64,000 nucleotides of DNA. It comes from the human T2T-CHM13v2.0 reference genome, Homo sapiens. The DNA is taken from NCBI RefSeq assembly GCF_009914755.1, contig NC_060926.1; one strand, given 5' to 3'. Positions 1 through 64,000 of this stretch are shown here, piece after piece (position 1 is the stretch's first letter; each line of letters starts with the position of its first letter). The notes under the pieces were generated by a model, which saw nothing but the letters and a program-made list of their open reading frames with translations, did no database searches and had not been told where the DNA came from. The position numbers and the translations under genes are program-made.

Positions 1-1054
1 CCCCCAAGACCTTGTCTCAGTAGACTTTTGGCCAGAGAAGTATCCCCTGGTTCTTAGCTGCTATTTAGAATCTCCTTGAGATTTGGGTAAAAACACTTGA
101 CCATGAGACCATCTTTCTATCCAAAAAGAATTCATTTTACTCAGCCTCAATGTTGCTAACAGTAACAACAACCGTAGCAATAATAGAAAATGTTTATTAA
201 GCTCTACTATGTGTCAGACATAGAGATAGATGCTTTCCATGGGTTATCTGTTTTAATCCTGACAGAAGCTTGTCTTACTGTTGAGAAGGTAAAGTATAGT
301 GAGTGAGGCTGGCTGACTTGCCCACGGTCTCAGAACTATTAAGTGGTATATTCAGGATTCTAGGTAATTCCTAGAACACTTTCCTTTCATCTTTGCATGA
401 TCAGCTGCCTCAAGTCTGATTCCAGAGCTGGAGTTCAAGCCACTGTTCTATGCTGCTGCCCATCTCTGAAGAGAACATTGTCCTGAATCTATGTATCTTC
501 TTCTTTTCCCTTTTTCATAAAAAGAGAAAGGCATAGGACCCACCTTTTTTTTCAGTTTATCCTAATTCTTTGGTATGTTACAAGGACACCATAATTCAAA
601 ATGTAGCCCATGTTACATTCAGAATTATCAGCATAAAGGGTGAGGAGACATTTGGCACAACCAACCCCTTTTCAGTGCCTGTTATGTGTGGGCCAATGCA
701 AGGCAGACTGTTGGAGAAGACAAGGATTATAATCCCTAGTTCTTGTGTTCAAATAGTCTATGAATACTAGCACAGCTAAGGCATGCACAAAAATAACTAT
801 GATTAATTCATAATATAACAGTGACAGGAGGGGCACAAATAAGATCCCACTGGGGTTCAAAGAGAAGAGATCACATTTCACTTGGGGGCATCGGGCAAAG
901 CTTCTTGGAGGATGTAGATGTTAAAATGGACCTTGGGAGATGATTGAGCTTCTGTAAACAGAATTAAGGGACAAGGTGTTTCAGGTGAATGGAATGGCAT
1001 GTGCGGAGGTCTAGGGGAGTCATGGTAAATCCACAGAAAAGTGTCTTGCAGCAG

Positions 1055-2029
1055 TGAAGTGGCCTCGTCTGGGGTGACACCCATGGTTTGTTGTCTCACG
1101 GCCACAGATATCAAGGACGTAGACACACAAAGAGTGAGGTTAAGAGTGGAAGTTTAATAGGGAAAAGAAAGAGACTAGCTCTCTGCTACAGAGAGGGATT
1201 CCAGAAAAATGGGTTACCAATTCACGGTGAAATGCAGAGGGGTTTATAGATGAGCTGTGGCAGGCACTGGGGGTTGGGGGGCTGATGTCTGATCTACATA
1301 GGGCACCAAAAACCAGTTAGAAACAGGTGTGCTATCTGCATAGGGCATGAATCTCTGACAGTCCCTACCCCAGTCTTTTATTATGCAGGTGGGTTTTCAG
1401 CCTGAGCTGTACTGTATTGGTCATTTCTTTCTTACTGTACACATGCTAACAAAAAAGGGAAGGTGGAGTTTCCATGGTGGACATGCCTGGCCCCCAGGTA
1501 GCCCTTTTCTGTTGGTACAGCGGCCAGCATTCCCTTGTGCAAGCTTTCAGTTTCCTTATCTACGTTTGTAGCTTGATTTTTCAGGCTGCTCTTTGTTAGA
1601 AAAAAAAATGATTTTGGGGGCTGCTTTTTGTTACAAGGGAAGTTCTGCCAAGGACTCTTTTGCCCTCACTATCTGTTTTTTGTTTTTTTTTTTCTTTTTT
1701 GAGATGGGGCCTCGCTCTGTCACTCAGGCTGTGGCATGCACTGGCATGATCTTGGCTCACTGCAACCTCCACCTCCCGGGTTCAAGTGATTCTCATGCCT
1801 CAGCCTCCTGAGTAGCTGGAATTACAGGCCCCCACCACCATACCTGGCTAACTTTTATATTTTAATAGAGACAAGGTTTTACCATGTTGGCCAGGCTGGT
1901 CTTGAACTCCTGACCTCAAGTGATCCACCCACCCCAGCCTCCCAAAGTGCTAGGATTACAGGCATGAGCTACCACACCCGACCTGCCCTCACTATCTGCT
2001 TAAACAATTTCTTTCTATCTCCTGTATCA
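1055..2029 (-). mobile_element. ERV1-class solo LTR (MER50-like by recall), interrupted by an Alu
   Basis: TG...CA termini and a 4-bp TSD gcag (1051-1054 / 2030-2033). The minus strand begins TGATACAGGAGATAGAAAGAAATT. Confidence 0.75.
1676..1983 (-). mobile_element. Alu (S-type) nested in the LTR
   Basis: 15-bp TSD tgccctcactatctg (1661-1675 / 1984-1998). Confidence 0.93.
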
Positions 2030-2707
2030 GCAGGAGGTACTTGCAAAGCAGGAGTAGGCTGGTTGGGAGCTTTCTGAGAAAGCAGGTACCAGAAGGAGGT
2101 TTTAGGGGTGCTACTGAGAAAGCGCCCATAAGAATCACAGACATGCGGGAATGACCCACAGGCACTGGCTGGGAAACAACATATGACAGAATCATGATGC
2201 TAAATGGAGGGGGTTAAGAGGACATATAAACCAATAGACTGGTAATGAAGGGGGTCAGGAGCCTGGAGTGCAGCACAGTTGGGTAAAGCACAATATTTCA
2301 AGAGCTGAGTCCATGAATTTGGCTGCCTAGTGTCCTTTTATGTGGCTATTTACAATAGTGAATGGGATACTGTAGAGAGTCTCAAATGTCAGGCTGCAGT
2401 GCCTAAAGTAAATCCAGCAGATGATGGGGAGCCATTGTGTATTTCTGAGCAGGGGAGGGACATTGTGAGAGTTTTTCTTTTTACAAAAATGAATCTGGCA
2501 AGACTCTGGGAAGACCAACCAGGAGTTAAGAATACTAGTTAGCAGACATCTGCACTTGTCTAAGAAGAAACCCTGAAATCTTGAATTGGAATGGTTGTGA
2601 TAGGAAATAAAAAGAGTGAAAGAATGCAAAAGAGGCTGTAAAGCAACATTTTGCATGACCGTGGACTTGAATGAAGAGGAAAGGAGAGGGTAAAAAAATC
2701 AAAGCTA

Positions 2708-3004
<297 letters not shown>

Positions 3005-3179
3005 TTGAATCTATTTTGAGGATTTCAGCTTGGCTTGACTGGGGGGAAGAGTGATCCCTTTCACAGAAACAGGGAATGAACAAAAGGTAATGAACCCTCT
3101 CTGCCCCCTCCACACCCCCTCCTAGCTGAGAGTGCCAAGGGAGAAATTGATTGTTATATGGATTGTCCTCTCCTTTTTA

Positions 3180-3486
<307 letters not shown>

Positions 3487-4036
3487 GGAACAGAAAGTAG
3501 GTCCCCAAGGTATGTAAACTTAAAGTTCTATAGCTTCCTCTCCACACCTCACATCTTTTTGCATCTCTAACCTTGCCAAGGATAACTAAAGTTTGGCTGT
3601 ATTTTTTCATTTCTGCCTGAAATATTTTCAATAGAATCATTTCTGAAACCCATTCCAACCCCCCATACAGCACAAACAACGAGGAAACAGAAGATTCACC
3701 AAACATTTATGAACAGCCAGCTGTTATAAAGACAAGGGACCAATCTGAAAAATCAGAATAAAGTCTCCTTGTTAAAGCTGCTGCAAGAAACAGGCAAGCA
3801 AAACTTAGAACATTTTTAATTTGTAATTTTTGCTTAAAGTTTTGGTAAGATGTTGTATCATGGTAATTTGTCAGCAGTTCTAAAAGGGAACCATTTGTGT
3901 TCAGGAAAGATAGCTTAGAAGTGCAAAACATAGTTCCAGATTTTAAAACACAGTGAATGCAGTAACAGCCAATTTAAACTCTGCAAAATGCCAAATTGGT
4001 GAATTAACAGACAAGTTTGAATTGTTTCAAAACTCA

Positions 4037-4456
<420 letters not shown>

Positions 4457-4808
4457 TTACTCCAGCCAACATTTATTAAATGTTTAGTAAGTGCTAGGCA
4501 TTTAATTATATTAACACTTGCAGCAGCCTATCGAGGGAAATCACTGTCATCATTCACATTTGCAGATAAGGAAACTAATGTTTAGAAAGTTAACCATTTT
4601 CTTCAGTAGTAAACAGCTAATTAAAGGAGAGGCTAAGTCCCGAACCTAGCATCTGTTTCCCAAAAAGTAGACAAACCCTCTGAATAAGGGCCTCTTTTCT
4701 TAGAAAGCCCTCTGCATGTGTTTGGGTAACTCCAATGTCCACAGAGGAACCTGCTTTCTCATTCCTCTCTCAAATCACACTTACCTGCTGTCTCCCTTCT
4801 TCCCCCAG

Positions 4809-25782
<20,974 letters not shown>

Positions 25783-26735
25783 AATAAAAATCCCAGAAGG
25801 ACAGGAGGATTCTCAACACTTTGAATTTTTTTAACTTCATTTTTCTACACTGCTATTATCATTATCTCAGAATGCTTATTTCCAATTAAAACGCCTACAG
25901 CTGCCTCCTAGAATATAGACTGTCTGTATTATTATTCACCTATAATTAGTCATTATGATGCTTTAAAGCTGTACTTGCATTTCAAAGCTTATAAGATATA
26001 AATGGAGATTTTAAAGTAGAAATAAATATGTATTCCATGTTTTTAAAAGATTACTTTCTACTTTGTGTTTCACAGACATTGAATATATTAAATTATTCCA
26101 TATTTTCTTTTCAGTGAAAAATTTTTTAAATGGAAGACTGTTCTAAAATCACTTTTTTCCCTAATCCAATTTTTAGAGTGGCTAGTAGTTTCTTCATTTG
26201 AAATTGTAAGCATCCGGTCAGTAAGAATGCCCATCCAGTTTTCTATATTTCATAGTCAAAGCCTTGAAAGCATCTACAAATCTCTTTTTTTAGGTTTTGT
26301 CCATAGCATCAGTTGATCCTTACTAAGTTTTTCATGGGAGACTTCCTTCATCACATCTTATGTTGAAATCACTTTCTGTAGTCAAAGTATACCAAAACCA
26401 ATTTATCTGAACTAAATTCTAAAGTATGGTTATACAAACCATATACATCTGGTTACCAAACATAAATGCTGAACATTCCATATTATTATAGTTAATGTCT
26501 TAATCCAGCTTGCAAGTGAATGGAAAAAAAAATAAGCTTCAAACTAGGTATTCTGGGAATGATGTAATGCTCTGAATTTAGTATGATATAAAGAAAACTT
26601 TTTTGTGCTAAAAATACTTTTTAAAATCAATTTTGTTGATTGTAGTAATTTCTATTTGCACTGTGCCTTTCAACTCCAGAAACATTCTGAAGATGTACTT
26701 GGATTTAATTAAAAAGTTCACTTTGTAAGAACGTG
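25783..26735 (+). terminator. ANXA4: ANXA4 3'UTR with candidate polyadenylation signals
   Basis: AT-rich, repeat-free stretch after the stop. AATAAA at 25783 and 26021, ATTAAA at 26087 and 26708. The 3' end is inferred from the last hexamer before the Alu at 26769. Confidence 0.7.
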
Positions 26736-26768
26736 GAAAAATAATTTTAATTTTAAAATGGTGTTTTT

Positions 26769-27067
26769 AGGCCGGGGGCGGGGGCTCACGCCAGTAATCC
26801 CAGCACTTTGGGAGGCCAAGGCGGGTGGATCACCTAAGGTCAGGAGTTCAAGACTAGCCTGGCCAACATGGAGAAACTGCATCTCTACTAAAAATATAAA
26901 AATTAGCCGGGTGTGGTGGCTGGTGCCTGTAATCCCAGCCACTCGGAGGCTGAGTCAGGGAGAACTGCTTGAACCCAGGAGGCAGGAGGCAAAGGTTGCA
27001 GTGAGCCGAGATCACGCCAGCCTGGGCGACAGAGCGAGAATCCATCTAAAAAAAAAAAAAAAAAAAA
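26769..27067 (+). mobile_element. Alu immediately downstream of the ANXA4 distal poly(A) signal
   Basis: Dimeric Alu with poly(A). Confidence 0.92.
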
Positions 27068-30006
27068 GTGTCTTTAAAGTGAGGTATAGTCTTTCTCTGA
27101 TCCACTTTTCACCTTCTGAGGTTTTTCATCTTGGCCCCTGAAAGGAGCTATTTTTGAAGGACTTGTGTTACTCAGTTTCTACAGGAATTACAAGATAAGA
27201 AAAAAAAAATCATATTTAGTCTTATGCGTGCCTACTGGCTAATGTTCACATATGCCAAACACTACTCAATAACATAAAATAATGTATGAACTTATTCTCT
27301 GGAAATGAGTGATGCCCTCTGCTCTAAGTAGACCATTTATATTAAATATCATAAATGTATAAAGGACATTCATATTCTTATAGTGGGAATACTTGCCTTT
27401 TTTGTTGATTTTATAGCATCCATTGTATTTTAGTGAGTGAAATAATAAGAATTTTTTAGTTTAGTGTTGTTTATTATAAAAGCTACAGCTACTGGTAGAA
27501 GCTACTTATGTGAATATTTAGTCACTCCAGTTACTTACAGGAAATAATACTACCACTTCAATGCCTTCCCAGAAGACCACAGAATCTCCACATCAGCTTT
27601 GTCTTTGGAAGCATGGTGATTTTTTTGGTAGAAGTTTTATCTTTAAATGATATGTAGCTTAGCCAAAATTTTAAAACAAATAGCATTGATTCACCAGAAG
27701 ATTTCTAGAAGGTGGGATAAAGTCACCCTGGACGAATGTTTGTCATATTGAATTAGCATGACTTTGAGATATAATTATGTTTGTTTTTCCCTCCCACTGT
27801 CCACTTACATTTATTCAGTGGGCAGTTCTTCCCCTTCTTCAGATGTAAATTCAGATAGAGTCATGACTTTTCTGTTCACTCTTAGGTTTTAAAGTCCTAC
27901 TGTGTAGTCCCTTAAGGTCATAAAACAGTGTCATTTTAGTAAGTAATATATCCAGTCAAAATTGCAAGCTTGATTTACAGTTGATGCTTCTTCCCTCACT
28001 CACCTCTGGCCTATTGCAAGTAGGAAGCTGGTTTCTGGGGAAAGGGAGACCATGGGCTTCTCTTCTTTTTCCACCTAGGTTTCCTTCAATGTTCTCCCCC
28101 TGCCCCAACCTACCATGTCTGGGTTGTAGCAAAGAAGAGAGTTAAGGGGAGCAGGAAAGTTGTTACCTGACTGTCATTGCTGTGGTGGTAGAGGATCAGC
28201 CCTATGTGACCCTGACAGACTAAAGTTGATTCTTGTGGGCATTCTTGTGGGTTCCTTTGTCAACCTCATCACGCTACTCACCTGAGGTTCCTCTGGCAAG
28301 GCAAATGTGTACTCCTTTTTCAGCCTCTAGGAATTTGGTGACTCTTTGAGGTTCTCAGTGCTGAAGTTCATCGCCTTCCTCCCAGGCCTGTTGGGCAGGA
28401 CCTAAGCTGTCTCATGGTGGTCCACATCTGCTCCATGGGAAACACCTGCACGTTCTTTGTGCTGGCAAATTCTGTGTATGCAAGCTGATCCCTCTGCAGC
28501 CATTATTCTCCGCCTCCCACCTCCACCCCAAGCTGCCTCGGCTAGCCTCTCTCGGTTCAGATTTCTCATGCATGAATCAGACATTAGTCCACGGGGACCC
28601 TCAAACTACGTATACTGCCAATGGGAGTCTAAATTGGTACATTGATGCAATCAACCCAGAGAGCAATTTGGTAATAGCTAACAAAGTTGCAGATTTCGCA
28701 GCAAATTCACTTTTGGGAATCTGCTTGGTGAATCCATTGCACATGATGTTCATTGCTGCTCTGTAAGGCCGTTAAAGTAGAAATAACCTCTCTCACTAAG
28801 GAATGTAAAAACAAATATGGGTCAGTCATACAATGAGCAGTGAAAATTATCTAGCGATTGACCAAATGGATAAATCTTGAGAGTATAATTTTGAGAGAGG
28901 AGAAAGGTGCACAATGAGAGGTACAACTATGATTCCATTCCATGATATGTCTAAACATGCAAAAGAAAATATTATTTATGGGTATGCATATAAGGACATG
29001 CATGGACATGATATACAACATTCTCAGCACAGTGATTGCCACTGGGGAGGGAGACAGAATGAGATGGAGGAGGTACGCAGGGGCTTCTGCCTATATGTAT
29101 TGTTCTATTTAAAAAAGAATGAATCATTGATTACACCTCAATAAAGCTGGGAGGAAAAAAGAATGAAAGCAAGTCTGATAAAATTTCAAGCTAGTGGTCG
29201 GTCCACAGGAATCTGTATTACTCTATTTGAAATATTTTCATTATTTTACTTAAAAAGTAACAGAAGGGAGTCAGGGAATGAACGCTGGCTGTCCGGAGTC
29301 CATCACAAGAGCTGCTACTACTCCAAGCAGACACTAGTAAATTTTGCTAGGGCCTCCTGAAGGCACTTTTGAGTCCAGACAGTCATGGTGCCAGACCCTA
29401 TTCGGACATCCCACTGGCACTTGAGAGGAAAGGAAAGGAGTGCCGGGAACGTTCCCATAACTTAACGGGTTCCATTCACGTCTACAGCAGGGGAGGGCTC
29501 ATGTTAAGGAAGCCCAGGAATCCAGCATATCGCCTCATCCTAGGGCCCCCTCTCACAGGAGGCCACGCCCAAGCAAGCAGAGCGTGGCCCCAGCAAGCGC
29601 CGAGCTCCCGCAAGGAGACCAAATAGCTTCGGGGTTTTGCCACTAGCTTAGCACAGGCCCATAAGCACCGGGGACTCAAGGCACCTTTGTAGAAACAATG
29701 AGTGACTGGAGTCCCAGGTCTTGCCACTACAGAGGCGCGTATGAACCACGGTTTAACACTACGTCTACGCCGAAGTTCGGGTTAGTCAGAGGCCACGCCC
29801 ACCGCAGGCCCGAAAACACCAGCCTGCACTGGCGCGCCGGATTGTGCGCAGGCTCCACCTGCCACGCACGCACGCCTTGCCCCGCCCCTTCCGGAGGCTC
29901 GCCGTACGCATGCGCCCTCCGTCCCGCGCTTTGTTGCGAAAGCGAGGGGGCGAGGTGCTGCGGTGCTAGAGCGCGGCGCGACCGGACGCTGCGGGCGGGG
30001 AGGAGG

Positions 30007-30066
30007 ATGGAGACTGTGGCGTCCGCTGCAACGGTTGGGGCTGCGCGTGAGAAGGTGGCGGTGTAG
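30007..30066 (+). promoter_or_regulatory. GMCL1 uORF1 (METVASAATVGAAREKVAV*)
   Basis: aggATGg strong Kozak context; stop TAG at 30064-30066. Inclusion in the mRNA depends on the TSS position. Confidence 0.55.
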
Positions 30067-30106
30067 GCACCTGCGCTCGGGGAAGGCTGGCGGCGGCGGC
30101 CGAGCC

Positions 30107-30139
30107 ATGGCGGGAGACCCCCTTCTCTGGGCTCCCTGA
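30107..30139 (+). promoter_or_regulatory. GMCL1 uORF2 (MAGDPLLWAP*)
   Basis: gccATGg optimal Kozak context; TGA at 30137-30139; same frame as the main ATG. Confidence 0.7.
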
Positions 30140-30160
30140 AGTCTCGGGGAGCCGTGACCC

Positions 30161-61631
<31,471 letters not shown>

Positions 61632-62062
61632 GTAAGTATATTATACCTTATCATTTTTCATTAAAAAAATTTGCTATGAATTTTTTAATGCATTCATTAT
61701 GTTGAAAAATCATTAACAGTATTGAAAACTCAAGCTGTTGAAGTAAAGATCATATAATCACTTTTTATTATATTTTTGCAACATTATCAGTCTTATAAAT
61801 GTCTTTCTGGTCAATTAGATAGTATAATGCAATTATGGAAATGTCATTTGCTTTATTAGTAAAATTGAACATGTAATCCATATATACTTTGTTTCACTTA
61901 GTATCATATGATTTTCTTTCAACATACTGAACTATTATTTGAGGTAATGCTTTCATAAAGCATAATTTTTATATTTATGTCTAGGTAAATCTGTTTTTCT
62001 TATGGTAGTATTGTCAAATTCTGATTAATGTAATAAATAGTTTTTGAAGATCTTTAAGTCTA

Positions 62063-62329
<267 letters not shown>

Positions 62330-62761
62330 TTACAGATACCTTCCCCAAAAACATATGACTCCCCCCACAAAACATTAATCCTCTTTCTTCATCTTAAAGG
62401 AAAGATTATTATAGTGCTTTGTAGTTCACAGAACTTTTATATTTGTGATTTGATCCTTCTGCTAGCTTCTTAATATATAGGTATTGTGGAGAGACTGAGT
62501 GTACAGAAAGACCTTCAAAGTTTAATTTTTTGCCCTGATCTCTTTGAACTCATTTTTATATACTAAATAATTTTTTTAAATAATGACCTAATTATAAGTT
62601 TTCATCCTAACAGTAAGTGTATGAAAGTATTACATAAATTCATGATGATTATGTCATTTTTATTATCCAGGATCCTAGTTTCTACTTTGATTATAATTAT
62701 ATATTTTTTCAAACATATTCCCAGTATATTTATCCAGCATAAATAATAGTAAGATTGTTGA

Positions 62762-63201
<440 letters not shown>

Positions 63202-63360
63202 TTATAAATCATCCTACTTCTTCTGTATATTCAATTTTTAAATTTTGGATGTTCTTTATTTTTCATGATTTTCCTCACCCATGTCCTTATTGAGGTAATA
63301 CAGAGTCTCATCTAAGATACTGCACTAGAATAAGTCTTTAGTTTTTTGCCTTAAGAAGTA

Positions 63361-63589
63361 CAGTCATTTTGGGGGAATTGGTTTCAGGACCCCTACGTAT
63401 ACCAAAATCCACACATACTCTAGTCCCGCAGTTAGTTGACCCTGCAAAACCCACATATACGAAAAGTTGGCTCTCCATATACACAGATTTCACATCCTAC
63501 AAATACTGCATTTTTGATCTGATTTTGGTTGAGAAAAATCTGTATAAATGGACCCAAGCAGTTCAAACCTGTTGTTCAAGGGTCAACTG
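63361..63589. mobile_element. MER8-like Tigger MITE
   Basis: TA|cagtca ... gttcaagggtcaactg|TA. Confidence 0.75.
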
Positions 63590-64000
63590 TATATGATATA
63601 TCCCCTCTTAGGAAATGTTCTGTTCAGCAGATACCAAGCATCTGCTCACTGCTGCAGGACTGCTAAAGTGAGGAAGACACTATATTCCCTGGATGCTAGG
63701 TTATAATCTGGTGTCAAATTTCCCTCTGGGGTTCTCCTCATAAAACTCTTGTCTATGTTGCCAAGAGGGTTATCTTTCTAAAACAGAAATAAAACTGTGT
63801 CACTTCTCTACTTAAATATGTCCAGGGATATTTGATGACAGTTAAGGGATTATAGTATTGCTGTTCAAGATTATTGAAGCTAGATGGTAAGAAAATTTGG
63901 CTCATACTATTTTCTCTGCTTTCATATGTTTGTAGTTTTTCGTAACAAAAAGTTTAAAAGTTACAGAATAAATGCTTGGGAACTTGTTACCTACAAGAGC

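Noticed and set aside
26425-26443. 7-bp stem TATGGTT-ataca-AACCATA in the ANXA4 3'UTR
   Set aside because: Too short and AT-rich to exceed chance.

Overview
Human/primate genomic DNA, dense in Alu, L1, LTR and DNA-transposon relics, with no prokaryotic features. It holds two tandem + strand genes. The first is the last ten coding exons and 3'UTR of ANXA4 (annexin A4), 4809-~26730. The second is the CpG-island promoter and first ten coding exons of GMCL1 (germ cell-less 1, BTB/BACK CUL3 adaptor), 30161-61631, continuing beyond the window. All exons were rebuilt by hand from GT/AG junctions with consistent phases. Three observations stand out. (1) An antisense spliced retrocopy of a KRAB zinc-finger mRNA (ZNF607-like by recall) lies in GMCL1 intron 6; it preserves two exonised Alu segments and an intact 46-codon KRAB-A-only ORF that the ORF track misses. 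(2) A 274-bp-arm non-Alu inverted repeat lies in GMCL1 intron 1, and its outer 171 bp are perfectly identical. (3) Two strong-Kozak uORFs and two in-frame stops precede a weak-context GMCL1 start that encodes a myristoylation-type N-terminus. I cannot show from sequence alone that any of these is a new biological system. Repeat subfamily names are from memory and their coordinates are approximate.
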